A DNA stretch of 59,948 bases from Nitrososphaerota archaeon. Lineage in GTDB: Archaea; Thermoproteota; Nitrososphaeria; PSMU01. Positions 47,312 to 56,883 of this stretch are shown piece by piece. Both the position numbers and the translations under genes were made by a program. Within the stretch, counting starts at the first letter, position 1, and each line of letters opens with the position of its first letter. The notes beneath the pieces were generated by a model. It was not told where the DNA came from and made no database searches. It saw nothing but the letters and a program-made list of their open reading frames with translations. The stretch covers positions 1 through 59,948 of the forward strand of contig PSMU01000005.1 in assembly GCA_040290255.1 (NCBI GenBank). Reading direction: 5' to 3'.

Positions 47312-47743
47312 GTGGGGCAGGCGCCTTCCCTTCAGGACCTGGTGGCCAGCCTAAGGGCCGCGGAGGACCAGCTGCTGATGATCGAGAACAGGGAGCTGCT
47401 GCTGAGCAGGGCGCTGGATGAGGCGAGGAAGGCGCAGGAGGCGGTCAGCAGCCTCCCCGAGAGCGGGTCGCTGGAGCTGCTCGTGCCCATCGGAGGGGGC
47501 GTGCTCCTGCCCGTGGTCTATATGGGCGGCAGGAGCCCCCTGCTGAGCGTGGGCGCGGATGTCTTCGTCGAGGGCGCCAAGGCCAAGGCCCTCAGCTTCC
47601 TGAGCCAGAGGGATAAGGAGCTGGAGCAGCTGCTACAGCAGGTCAGGGCGGAGAAGGCCAGGGTGCTCGATATGGTCGAGCGGCTGAGGCAGGAGATCGC
47701 GAAGATGATCCAGGAGCAGCGGGGCCATGCTCGAGGGGCTTAA
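47312..47743 (+). CDS. pfdA: Prefoldin alpha subunit
   Basis: Coiled coil - LLVPIGGGV..SVGADVFVE - coiled coil; sits between aIF6 and ftsY. Confidence 0.9.
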   Translation: MGQAPSLQDLVASLRAAEDQLLMIENRELLLSRALDEARKAQEAVSSLPESGSLELLVPIGGGVLLPVVYMGGRSPLLSVGADVFVEGAKAKALSFLSQRDKELEQLLQQVRAEKARVLDMVERLRQEIAKMIQEQRGHARGA

Positions 47744-48626
47744 GAGGGCCGTTCAGCGCCTCGCCGATGCGCTCAGCGGGAGGCCCTCCTGGGCCGACAT
47801 AGAGCGCGCGCTCGAGGAGTTCAGGCTGGCCCTGCTCCAGGCCGATGTGGCCTATGATGTGGCGGGCGAGGTCGTGGAGGGCATGAGGGCCCAGCTGAAG
47901 CAACGGGAGGCCAAGGGCGATGCCGCGGAGCTCGTCTGGAGCGCCTTTCAGGAGTACTTTAACCGCGCCTTCTCCTCCGTCCCCAGCTTCGACCTCATGC
48001 AGGAGATAGAGCGCAGCCCGCCCTGCGCCATCCTCTTCCTCGGGGTCAACGGCGTGGGCAAGACGTCCGCGGTGGCCAAGCTCGCCCACTACCTTAAGGC
48101 CAGGGGCAAGTCCGTGCTCCTGGCCGCCGCGGATACCCATAGGCCCGGGGCCATCGAGCAGCTGGCCGAGCACGCGGCGCGCCTGGGCCTTCGCATGATC
48201 TCCCAGGGCTATAACGCGGACCCCGCCGCGGTCGCCCGGGATGCCGTGGAGCACGCGAGGGCCAAGGGCTACGCGGCCGTGCTCATTGATACCGCCGGCA
48301 GGCTGCAGACGTACAGGGGGCTCATGGAGGAGATGGCCAAGATCATACGCGTAGCCAGGCCGCAGGTCAAGCTCTTCGTCTGCGATGCCCTCACGGGCAA
48401 CGATGCGCTGAGGCAGGCGCAGGACTTCCTCAGGTACACGGACTATAACGGCATCGTGCTCACCAAGCTGGACAGCGATGCCAAGGGCGGCGTCGCGCTG
48501 ACGCTGGTCAAGGCCACGGGGCGCCCCATCCTCTTTGCCAGCCTGGGCCAGCGCTATGAGGACTTCAGGCCCTTCGAGCCCTCGCTCATCCTCGAGAGGC
48601 TGGCCGAGGTGAAGCCGGGGGCTTGA
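47727..48626 (+). CDS. ftsY: SRP receptor FtsY
   Basis: GVNGVGKTS, DTHRPGAIEQL, DTAGR, TKLDSDAKGG, GQRYEDF. Confidence 0.96.
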   Translation: MLEGLKRAVQRLADALSGRPSWADIERALEEFRLALLQADVAYDVAGEVVEGMRAQLKQREAKGDAAELVWSAFQEYFNRAFSSVPSFDLMQEIERSPPCAILFLGVNGVGKTSAVAKLAHYLKARGKSVLLAAADTHRPGAIEQLAEHAARLGLRMISQGYNADPAAVARDAVEHARAKGYAAVLIDTAGRLQTYRGLMEEMAKIIRVARPQVKLFVCDALTGNDALRQAQDFLRYTDYNGIVLTKLDSDAKGGVALTLVKATGRPILFASLGQRYEDFRPFEPSLILERLAEVKPGA

Positions 48627-49579
48627 TGCACTTCCTCACGGGCGATGAGCTTAGCCCTCAGGAGCTGGAGGGGCTGCTGGCCCTGGCCCAGAGGCTGAAG
48701 GAGGGAAGGGCCAAGGGGCTTGGCAGGGGGCTGCTGGAGGGCAGGAGCCTTGTGGCCATCTTCGAGAAGCCCTCCACCAGGACGCGGGTGAGCCTTCAGG
48801 TGGCCGCCCATGAGCTGGGCGCGCTTTGCCTTTCCACCTCGCCCCAGGAGCTGCAGCTGGGCAGGGGAGAGAGCGTGGAGGATACCGCGAGGGTCCTGGG
48901 CAGATACGTGCACGCCATCGTCGCGCGCGTCTTCTCTCACCGCCAGCTCGAGGCCCTGGCCAGCGCCTCGCCCGTGCCCGTCATAAACGCCCTATCCGAC
49001 CTCTACCATCCCCTGCAGATGCTGGCCGACCTGATGACGGTGAAGGAGCTCAAGGGGGGCGTTAGGGGCAAGCGCGTGGCCTGGGTGGGGGATGGGAACA
49101 ACGTCTGCAATAGCCTCATGATCGGCGCCTGCAAGCTGGGGGCCGAGGTGCGGGTGGCCACGCCCGTTGAGTATAGGCCCCACCCGGAGGCCGTGGAGGC
49201 GGCGCGCAGGGCCTGTGAGGCCTCGGGAGGGCGCCTGCGGCTGCTGCAGGAGCCGGAGGAGGCGGCGCGGGATGCGGACGTCGTGGTGACGGATACCTTC
49301 GTATCGATGGGCCAGGAGGCCGAGGCGGAGAGGAGGCTGAAGGCCTTCTTGCCCCGCTATCAGGTGAACGAGGCGCTCATGGCCCTGGCCAGGCCCGACG
49401 CGATCTTCATGCACTGCCTGCCGGCCAAGAGGGGGTATGAGGTGAGCGCGGGCGTAATAGATGGGCCCCGCTCCGCGGTTCTCCAGGAGGCCGAGAATAG
49501 GCTGCACACCACGAAGGCCCTCCTGCTCCATCTGCTCGCGCCCTGGGCGGCCCGCGAGCTGACCCCTCCTATGCCTTGA
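48623..49579 (+). CDS. argF: Ornithine carbamoyltransferase
   Basis: FEKPSTRTR, HPLQ, GDGNNV, SMG, HCLP, AENR. Confidence 0.97.
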   Translation: MMHFLTGDELSPQELEGLLALAQRLKEGRAKGLGRGLLEGRSLVAIFEKPSTRTRVSLQVAAHELGALCLSTSPQELQLGRGESVEDTARVLGRYVHAIVARVFSHRQLEALASASPVPVINALSDLYHPLQMLADLMTVKELKGGVRGKRVAWVGDGNNVCNSLMIGACKLGAEVRVATPVEYRPHPEAVEAARRACEASGGRLRLLQEPEEAARDADVVVTDTFVSMGQEAEAERRLKAFLPRYQVNEALMALARPDAIFMHCLPAKRGYEVSAGVIDGPRSAVLQEAENRLHTTKALLLHLLAPWAARELTPPMP

Positions 49580-50378
49580 CCAGCGTCAGCCCCCTCTCCT
49601 CCGCAAGCGAAAGCAGCAGGGCCCTCTGCGCCGCCCTCACGCCCTTCCAGTCCACCAGCAGGTGCGTGACGGGCTCCACCGAGCGAGAGAGGGCGTGCAG
49701 GAGCATGGCCCTATCCATCAGCCCAAGCGCGTGCTTCGAGGCTATTCCCGCGGGCCTGAGGCCTCCCTCCACCACGAGCCTCGTGAACTTTTCGGGATAA
49801 TGGGGACCGCCCGTCATCAGCGCCACGGGCCCTTCGGGCACGGGTTCCTGGCCATGGCAGGCGCTGAGCACCGAGCGAAGCAGCAGCTCGGCCAGCCGAA
49901 CATCGCCCCACTGCTTGGGCGTGGAGCCGAGCTCCACGAACAGCGCGGGCCTCGGCAGCGAGGTGGGGCCATGGTGCGTCGCCTCCAACACCACGGGCAG
50001 GCCCCGCTCGCGCTGGGAGAGGCGGTGCAGCGCGCGCAGCAGCATGGCGAAGAGCGTGGGGTTGACGAGCGCCACCTCCCGCGGCCTCCCTCCCAGCCTG
50101 GCCTCGGCGGTGAGGTTGCCCGGCTGGTGCACGGTGAAGACCGGGAGCCCGCTCTCGGACGAGTGCTTGTGTAGGAAGATGATGTCGGTCGCATCGCCCA
50201 GCTGCCCCTCCTCCAGGGCCTCCAGATAGAGCGGCGAGCCGGAAAGCGCCAGCAGCCTTACGCCCATGCCATCTTCATAGAGGCCCTCGCCCAGGGGCCT
50301 AAAGGAGTGTCGCTCGAGCAGGCCCAGCAGCAGGAGCCCCACGGGGTCCTGCCTTGAGAGCACGAGCAGGGGCCTCAT
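49569..50378 (-). CDS. dtdA: Archaeal D-aminoacyl-tRNA deacylase
   Basis: KHSSESG, TVH.PGN, EATHHGPT, FVELGS, GGPHY, VDWKG. Confidence 0.92.
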   Translation of the reverse strand: MRPLLVLSRQDPVGLLLLGLLERHSFRPLGEGLYEDGMGVRLLALSGSPLYLEALEEGQLGDATDIIFLHKHSSESGLPVFTVHQPGNLTAEARLGGRPREVALVNPTLFAMLLRALHRLSQRERGLPVVLEATHHGPTSLPRPALFVELGSTPKQWGDVRLAELLLRSVLSACHGQEPVPEGPVALMTGGPHYPEKFTRLVVEGGLRPAGIASKHALGLMDRAMLLHALSRSVEPVTHLLVDWKGVRAAQRALLLSLAEERGLTLVKA

Positions 50379-50429
50379 GGAGCGCGGCCGCGGCGAAAAG
50401 TAAAAAAGGTTGTCGCCTCATCCCCCACC

Positions 50430-50597
50430 ATGAAGGGCTTCCTTTCAAGGCTCCTCCATACTTTACGCTTTGCCAAGAAGGTGAGCGCCGAGGAGTATAA
50501 CCTGTACCTTAAGCTCTTCTTCTTTGGGCTCCTGCTCGTGGGAGGGATAGGCTTTCTGGTAAAGGTCATCGCATTCGTGCTGCAGCTAGGGCGATGA
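50430..50597 (+). CDS. secE: Protein translocase SecE/Sec61-gamma (55 aa)
   Basis: Manual translation: MKGFLSRLLHTLRFAKKVSAEEYNLYLKLFFFGLLLVGGIGFLVKVIAFVLQLGR. ATGA overlap with spt5. Confidence 0.88.
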   Translation: MKGFLSRLLHTLRFAKKVSAEEYNLYLKLFFFGLLLVGGIGFLVKVIAFVLQLGR

Positions 50598-51088
50598 GCC
50601 AGACAGCCCCGCAGAAGAAGCTCTTCATCCTCAAGGTGGTGGGAGGCCAGGAGAAGAACGTGGCCCGCCTCATGGCCAACAGGGTGGAGCTGAAGAAGGC
50701 GCAGGGCGGAGACGCGGACATTCAGGCCATCCTGGCCCTCGATGAGATAAAGGGCTACCTGCTCATCGAGGGCAACTCCGTCCAGGCCGTGCTCTCCACC
50801 GCGCAGGGGCTCAAGCATGTAAGGGGGCTGGCCGCGGGCACCATCCCCCTGAAGGACGTGGAGCACTACTTCATACAGAGGCCGCTCGCCGAGCTCTTGG
50901 AGAGGGGCGACCTCGTGGAGATCGTCGCGGGCCCCTTCAGGGGCATGACCGCGCGCGTCGAGAGGGTAGACCCTTCGCGCTCCGAGGCCGTGGTGGTGCT
51001 GGTCGGCTCCGAGGCCAGGGAGATACCGGTGACGCTTTCCCTCTCCTACCTCAAGCAGCTTCCTAAAGAGAAGGCGGCCGGCGCGTAA
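50594..51088 (+). CDS. spt5: Transcription elongation factor Spt5
   Basis: GGQEKNVA, KGYLLIE, KHVRG, KOW motif GDLVEIVAGPFRG. Confidence 0.96.
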   Translation: MSQTAPQKKLFILKVVGGQEKNVARLMANRVELKKAQGGDADIQAILALDEIKGYLLIEGNSVQAVLSTAQGLKHVRGLAAGTIPLKDVEHYFIQRPLAELLERGDLVEIVAGPFRGMTARVERVDPSRSEAVVVLVGSEAREIPVTLSLSYLKQLPKEKAAGA

Positions 51089-51884
51089 CCCTCGTGGCCT
51101 CCTTCAGCCTGGCCACAAAGCCGGTCAACGAGCTCAGGCTCGCCTCGCCGCTCGCGATGCGGGCCACGAGCTCCACCAGCGCGCCGCCCACGATCGCCCC
51201 ATCGGCCCCCGCCCTGAGCACGGCGCCGATATGCTCGGGCCTCGAGAGGCCGAAGCCCACGGCCAGCGGGGGGCCGTTGCCCAGATAGCGCTTCACGTTG
51301 GCTATGAGGCGCGACACGCCGGGGCTCAGCCGGGGCCGGGCCCCCGTGACGCCCCTCAGCGAGACGAGATACAGGAACCCGCTCGTGGAGCGCGCTATTC
51401 TGAGCAGCCGCTCCTTGGGCGTCTCGGGCGTCGCGAGCAGGATTAGGTCCAGGCCCCTCCTCTTCGCCGCCCGGAGCAGGGGGCCCGCCTCCTCGAGGGG
51501 CAGGTCGGGCACGATCAGCCCGTCCACGCCCGCGAGCCTCGCCTCCTCCAGGAAGAGCGCGGGGCCCCTGGCGAAGAGCAGGTTGTAATAGCTCATGAGC
51601 GCCAGCGGCACGCCATGGCGCAGCTTTGCCTCCTTGGCCAGGGCCACCACGTCCGGGGGCCTTATGCCGGCGCGCAGGGCCCTCTCGCCCGCCGCCTGGA
51701 TGGCCCTGCCGTCGGCTATTGGATCCGAGAAGGGGATGCCCAGCTCGAGCAGGTCCGCGCCCCCCTTCACCACCGCCTCTATCACCTCTACGCAGAGCGA
51801 GGGGCTCGGGTCCCCGCCCATCAGGTAGGCTATGAGCGCCCCCCGGCCGTTTAGCCGCGAGAAGGCGAGCGAGATCTCGCTCAT
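51063..51884 (-). CDS. trpA: Tryptophan synthase alpha chain
   Basis: [29 protein letters not shown]. Confidence 0.97.
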   Translation of the reverse strand: MSEISLAFSRLNGRGALIAYLMGGDPSPSLCVEVIEAVVKGGADLLELGIPFSDPIADGRAIQAAGERALRAGIRPPDVVALAKEAKLRHGVPLALMSYYNLLFARGPALFLEEARLAGVDGLIVPDLPLEEAGPLLRAAKRRGLDLILLATPETPKERLLRIARSTSGFLYLVSLRGVTGARPRLSPGVSRLIANVKRYLGNGPPLAVGFGLSRPEHIGAVLRAGADGAIVGGALVELVARIASGEASLSSLTGFVARLKEATRVTRRPPSL

Positions 51885-53047
51885 GGGCCCGTACCCAGGA
51901 CGGCCTGCAGGTCCTTATCCCCCCTGCCCGAGAGCGTCACCACGATATCCGAGCCCCGTCCCAGCTTGGGCGCCAGCTTAAGGGCATAGGCCACCGCGTG
52001 CGCGGCCTCCAGCGCCGGTATGATGCCCTCCAACCTGGAGAGCAGCCGAAAGGCCTCCAGGGCCTCCTCATCTGAGATGGCCACATACTCGGCCCTCCCG
52101 CTCTCCTTCAGGTAGCTGTGCTCGGGGCCCACGGCCGGGTAGTCGAGGCCGGGCGCTATGCTGTGCGCCTCCAGGACCTGTCCATCCTCATCTTGGAGCA
52201 CGTAGGTGAGCATGCCGTGCAGCACACCCCTCCTGCCGTACAGAAGCGCGGCGGCGTTCTCGCGGCCCTTCCCCCCCGCCTGGACGCCGATGAGTCGCAC
52301 CCTCTCATCCCTTATGAAGGCGGAAAAGGAGCCCAGGGCGTTGCTCCCCCCTCCCACGCAGGCCACCAGCGCATCGGGCAGCTTCCCCAGCTGCCTCAGG
52401 GCCTGGCGCCTTATCTCCTTGCCTATGATGCTCTGAAAGTCCCTGACCATCATGGGATACGGATGCGGCCCAACCACGGACCCCAGCAGGTAGTGCGTGG
52501 CGCGCAGGTTCGTCACCCAGTCCCTGAGCGCCTCGTTGATCGCATCCTTGAGCGTGCCCGTGCCGCCCTCCACGGGGTGCACCTGCGCCCCCAGGAGCCT
52601 CATCCTCTGCACGTTGGGGGCCTGCCTGCGCATATCCCTAACGCCCATGTACACCTCGCATGAGAGGCCCAGGACGGCGCAGGCCATGGCCGTGGCGACG
52701 CCGTGCTGGCCCGCCCCCGTCTCGGCGATCACCCTGCGCTTGCCCATGCGCTGCGCCAGCAGGGCCTGCCCCAGCGTGTTGTTCAGCTTGTGCGCGCCCC
52801 CGTGGAGCAGGTCCTCCCTCTTCAGGAAGATCCTCGCCCCGCCGGCGTAGCGGGTGAGGTTGGCCGCAAAGTAGAGAGGCGTGGGCCTGCCCGCGTAGTC
52901 CCTGAGCAGCGAGGCGAGCCTGCCCTGGAAGGCCCTATCCCTTCGGCTGCGTAGGTAGGCCGCCTCCAGCTCGCGCAGGGCGCGCATGAGCGTTTCGGGC
53001 ACGTATTGGCCGCCAAAGGGGCCAAACCTGCCCCGGGCCCGGCTCAG
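51881..53047 (-). CDS. trpB: Tryptophan synthase beta chain (TrpB1); probable CTG start
   Basis: [15 protein letters not shown] lies upstream of the tracked [41 protein letters not shown]. Confidence 0.97.
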   Translation of the reverse strand: MSRARGRFGPFGGQYVPETLMRALRELEAAYLRSRRDRAFQGRLASLLRDYAGRPTPLYFAANLTRYAGGARIFLKREDLLHGGAHKLNNTLGQALLAQRMGKRRVIAETGAGQHGVATAMACAVLGLSCEVYMGVRDMRRQAPNVQRMRLLGAQVHPVEGGTGTLKDAINEALRDWVTNLRATHYLLGSVVGPHPYPMMVRDFQSIIGKEIRRQALRQLGKLPDALVACVGGGSNALGSFSAFIRDERVRLIGVQAGGKGRENAAALLYGRRGVLHGMLTYVLQDEDGQVLEAHSIAPGLDYPAVGPEHSYLKESGRAEYVAISDEEALEAFRLLSRLEGIIPALEAAHAVAYALKLAPKLGRGSDIVVTLSGRGDKDLQAVLGTGP

Positions 53048-53853
53048 GCCCCCCTCCCCTCCGGGGCCGTGAAGAGCCTCAGCGTCCCCTCGACGTCCGC
53101 CGCCTTCATCAGCGAGGTACCGATCAGGAAGCCACTCGCGCCCAGCGCGCGCAGCTCCAGCAGCTCTTTCCTGTCCCCCAGCCCGCTCTCGCAGACTATG
53201 GGCCTGCCCCTGGGCACCAGGCGCAGCAGGCGCCTCGAGACCTCAAGCGAGGTCCTAAGCGTCGAGAGGTCCCTGTTGTTGATGCCTATCACCTCCGCCT
53301 CGCTCGCCAGCGCCCTTCGCAGCCCGCGCTCATCGTGCACCTCCAACAGCACCTCCAGGCCCAGCGAATGCGCAAGCGCCACCATACCCTCAAGCGGCTC
53401 GGCTGTGAGCCCCCTGCTGAAGAGCTCCTCGATGAGCAGCACGGCATCGGCGCCCAGGGCGGCCGCGGCCCCCAGCTGCCTGGGGTCCACCACTACATCC
53501 TTCATGAGGAGCGGAAGGGAAAGAAGCCTCCTGGCCAAGGGGAGGTGCTGCAGGCTGCCGCCGAAGTGGTCCGGCTCCGTGAGCACGGAGACGGCGCAGG
53601 CCCCTCCCCTCTGAAAGGAGAGCAGCAGGCCCTTGACGTCTACCTCATCCCTCAGGGGCCCTTCGAGGGGGGACCTCGGCTTAAGCTCGGCGATCACCGG
53701 TATGCCCGGGTAAGCCAGCAGCGCCGCCAACAGGCTTCTCCTGGCATGCGGGGCCCTGCTGGGCACATCATAGTAGCCCCCCTTCAGCCGGGCCCAGGCC
53801 GCCGAGGCCAGTGCCCGCAGCAGGTCAGCCGGCCCAGCGCCAGATCCCCTCAT
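53044..53853 (-). CDS. trpC: Indole-3-glycerol phosphate synthase
   Basis: [38 protein letters not shown]. Confidence 0.96.
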   Translation of the reverse strand: MRGSGAGPADLLRALASAAWARLKGGYYDVPSRAPHARRSLLAALLAYPGIPVIAELKPRSPLEGPLRDEVDVKGLLLSFQRGGACAVSVLTEPDHFGGSLQHLPLARRLLSLPLLMKDVVVDPRQLGAAAALGADAVLLIEELFSRGLTAEPLEGMVALAHSLGLEVLLEVHDERGLRRALASEAEVIGINNRDLSTLRTSLEVSRRLLRLVPRGRPIVCESGLGDRKELLELRALGASGFLIGTSLMKAADVEGTLRLFTAPEGRGA

Positions 53854-54866
53854 GCCGGGCCGCTATAGCGAATGAGCGCCCTGAGCTTCTCCAGCGCCGC
53901 GCCCTGCTCCAGCGCACGTGTGGCCAGCTGCATGCCCTCCTCAAAGCCGCCGGCCCTCCCCGCCAGCACGAGCGCGGCCGCCGAGTTCACCAGCACCACC
54001 TCCCTCAGCGCGCCGCCCACCGAGCCCCTGAGCAGGGCCAGGGCCACCTCGGCCGCGTGCTCCGGCCCCTCGATGGCGGGCAGGGCCTCATACCTCCGCG
54101 CGCCCAGCTCCTCGGGCAGGACCTCCCTTATGCTCACCTGTCCCTCCCTCACCCAGGCGATGAGCGTCTTGCCCGTCACCGAGATCTCATCCAGGCCCTC
54201 GAGCCCATGCACCACCATTGCCTCCTTAACGCCCAGCTCCTTCAGCGCCTCGGCCATAATGGGCACGAGCCTGGCGCTGTATACGCCCACGAGCTGCACC
54301 TCCACGGGGGCCGGGTTGATCAGGGGCCCCAGGAGGTTGAACAGGGTCCTGAAGCCCAGCTCCCTCCTGACCTGGGCCACATGCTTCATGGCCGGATGGT
54401 AGGTGGGGGCAAATAGGAAGCCGATGCCCACCTCCTCTATTGCCCTCAGCATCGCCGCGGGCGAAGCCGCCAGGTTGAACCCCAGGCGCTCGAGCAGGTC
54501 GGCGCTGCCGCAGCGGCTCGTCACCGACCTGTTGCCGTGCTTCGCCACATACGCCCCCGCGCCCGCGGCGACGAGCGCGGCCAGCGTGCTCACGTTCAGC
54601 GTCCTGGCGCCATCGCCCCCCGTGCCGCAGGTGTCGATCAGCCTGCTCTCTACCCTCGGCGCGATCGCTACGCGATAGGCCCTCAGGACCCTGGCGAAGG
54701 CCACCAGCTCCCGTGTCCCCTCTCCCCTCATGCTCACGGCCGTCAGCAGGGCCGCCATCTGGGACGGAGAGGCGGTGCCCTCGGCCATCTCCCTCGCGCA
54801 GGCCTCCAGCTCCTCCTGGGCCAGCGCGCCGCCGTAGACCAATTTCTGCAGCGCCGCCCGGATCAC
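53850..54866 (-). CDS. trpD: Anthranilate phosphoribosyltransferase
   Basis: DTCGTGGDG, NVST, KHGNRSVTS..GSAD, RTLFNLLGPL, GLDE. Confidence 0.97.
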   Translation of the reverse strand: MIRAALQKLVYGGALAQEELEACAREMAEGTASPSQMAALLTAVSMRGEGTRELVAFARVLRAYRVAIAPRVESRLIDTCGTGGDGARTLNVSTLAALVAAGAGAYVAKHGNRSVTSRCGSADLLERLGFNLAASPAAMLRAIEEVGIGFLFAPTYHPAMKHVAQVRRELGFRTLFNLLGPLINPAPVEVQLVGVYSARLVPIMAEALKELGVKEAMVVHGLEGLDEISVTGKTLIAWVREGQVSIREVLPEELGARRYEALPAIEGPEHAAEVALALLRGSVGGALREVVLVNSAAALVLAGRAGGFEEGMQLATRALEQGAALEKLRALIRYSGPA

Positions 54867-55450
54867 GGCCTTACCCCCCTCCTGATGAAGTTCCTCAGGA
54901 TCCTCATGCCCTGGCCCGTCATGATCGATTCGGGATGGAACTGAAGCCCCTCGATGGGATACCTGGTGTGGCGCAGGCCCATGACCTCCCCATCCTCCAC
55001 CGAGAGCGCCGTGACCCTCAGCTCCTTGGGCAGGCTCTCCCTCTCCACCACGAGCGAATGGTAGCGCGTCGCGCTAAAGGGGTTGGGCAGGCCCGTGAGC
55101 ACGCCCCTGCCATCGTGCAGGATCTCGCTGAGCTTGCCGTGCATCACGCGCGCCGCCCGGCCCACCTTGGCGCCGAAGGCCTGCGCGATGCCCTGATGCC
55201 CAAGGCAGATGCCCAGCAGCGGCACTTCGGGGCCCAGCTCCTGTATGACGCGCCCCGAGATGCCGAAGCTCCTGCCGCCCGGGCGGCCCGGGCCGGGCGA
55301 GATTATTATCCTGTCGGGCGCAAGCCGCCTGGCCTGCTCAAACGTTATCTCGTCGCTCCTCTTGACGATGGGCTTCGCGCCCAGGGCGCCCACGTACTGG
55401 GCCAAATTGTACACAAAGGAGTCATAGTTGTCCAGGATGAGCACCCTCAT
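54863..55450 (-). CDS. trpG: Anthranilate synthase component II
   Basis: DNYDSFVYN, SPGPG, GICLGHQ, RYHSL, QFHPES. ATG at 55450 overlaps the trpE stop. Confidence 0.96.
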   Translation of the reverse strand: MRVLILDNYDSFVYNLAQYVGALGAKPIVKRSDEITFEQARRLAPDRIIISPGPGRPGGRSFGISGRVIQELGPEVPLLGICLGHQGIAQAFGAKVGRAARVMHGKLSEILHDGRGVLTGLPNPFSATRYHSLVVERESLPKELRVTALSVEDGEVMGLRHTRYPIEGLQFHPESIMTGQGMRILRNFIRRGVRP

Positions 55451-56817
55451 GTCCCCTCCGCCTCCCTCAGCGCCTGCTGCAGGGCCTTCAGCTTGTGCTC
55501 CGTCTCCAGCCACTCCCTTTCGGGCACCGAGTCGGCCACGATGCCCGCGCCGGCCTGAAGCAGCGCCCTCCCGCCCTTGGCCACGAGCGTGCGTATGGTG
55601 ATGGCGAAGTCCGCGTCGCCGGTGAAGGAGAGGTAGCCGACGGCGCCCGCATAGGGCCCCCTCCTCACGGGCTCGAGCTCCTCTATCAGCTCCATCGCCC
55701 TGACCTTGGGCGCGCCGGAGACGGTGCCGGCAGGGAAGAGGGCCCTTAGCGCATCCAGGGGGTCGAGCCCGGGCCTGAGCTCCCCCGTGACCAGGGAGGT
55801 GATGTGCTGCACATGGCTGAACTGCCTTATCGCGAAGAGCTCCGGCACGCGCACGGTGCCATACCTGCAGACCCTGCCGCAGTCGTTCCTGGCCAGGTCG
55901 ACGAGCATCAGGTGCTCGGCCCTCTCCTTGGGGTCGGCCAGCAGCTCCTCCCTGAGCCTCCTGTTCTCGCCAACGTCGGACGTCCTGGGCCTGGTGCCCG
56001 CGATGGGATACGTCTCCACCCTCCTTCCCCTTACCCTCACGAGCATCTCAGGGCTCGAGCCCACCAGGAACCTGTCCTCAAACTTCAGGAAGTACATGTA
56101 GGGAGAGGGGTTGATCCGGCGCAGGACGCGGTAAAAGGCCAGCAGGTCCCCCTCGATGCGGGCCTCATACCTCCTCGATAGCACCAGCTGGAAGACCTCG
56201 CCGGCCGCGATGTAGCGCTTCGCTTTTGCCACGAGGGCCTCGTACTCGCCCCGGCTTAGGTTACAGCGCAGCTCCCCATGCTCGAGCCCCCCTATCTGGG
56301 CACCGCGCGCGTGCTCGGCCAGCTGCGCGCTCCTGTCCTCGCCCGACGAGAAGTAGTACGCCCTGCCCCCTCGCGGATCGAAGGCCACCCCGTCCTCGTA
56401 GAGGCCCAGCTCGAGCTCAGGGAAGAAGAGGTCGTCCTGGGCCAGGCTGGGCAGCTGCTCCCAGTACCTTACCACATCATAGGAGAAGTAGCCGACGGCC
56501 CCGCCCATGTAGGCGAAGGGGCCCCTCGCGCGCCTCGTGCCCATCAGCTCCCTGAGCCTCGGCAATGGGTCGTAGCAGGGCAGCGTGCTGATGCCGTCAG
56601 CGCGCTCCAGCTCCAGCAGGCCGCGCCGAACCCTTACCAGCCCGGAGGGCCTAAAGCCCAGGAAGGAGTAGCCCCCCGAGGCCTCGAACAGGAAGGCCGC
56701 TTTGCCCTCGCGCTGTAGCGCCGAGAAGAGCTGCAGCGGCGAGCAGGATAGCTCCAGCCTCCTCACCAGGGCCCGGGGCCTCTCCCTCCGTGCCTCCAGG
56801 CTGAGCCGCTGCCCCAT
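55447..56817 (-). CDS. trpE: Anthranilate synthase component I
   Basis: NPSPYM, SSPE, PIAGT, KERAEHLMLVDLARND, PAGTVSGAPK, GAGIV.DS. Confidence 0.97.
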   Translation of the reverse strand: MGQRLSLEARRERPRALVRRLELSCSPLQLFSALQREGKAAFLFEASGGYSFLGFRPSGLVRVRRGLLELERADGISTLPCYDPLPRLRELMGTRRARGPFAYMGGAVGYFSYDVVRYWEQLPSLAQDDLFFPELELGLYEDGVAFDPRGGRAYYFSSGEDRSAQLAEHARGAQIGGLEHGELRCNLSRGEYEALVAKAKRYIAAGEVFQLVLSRRYEARIEGDLLAFYRVLRRINPSPYMYFLKFEDRFLVGSSPEMLVRVRGRRVETYPIAGTRPRTSDVGENRRLREELLADPKERAEHLMLVDLARNDCGRVCRYGTVRVPELFAIRQFSHVQHITSLVTGELRPGLDPLDALRALFPAGTVSGAPKVRAMELIEELEPVRRGPYAGAVGYLSFTGDADFAITIRTLVAKGGRALLQAGAGIVADSVPEREWLETEHKLKALQQALREAEGT

Positions 56818-56835
56818 GCCCGCGAGGCGCGAGCA

Positions 56836-56870
56836 TTAGAGTCTCTTAATAATCATTATTGTATAATTAT
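56836..56870 (-). promoter_or_regulatory. trp operon promoter with palindromic operator candidate
   Basis: AT-rich island. AATAAT-C-ATTATT (56848-56860) overlaps a TTATTAA box about 30 nt upstream of the trpE ATG. Confidence 0.55.
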
Positions 56871-56883
56871 GGCCACGAGCCGG

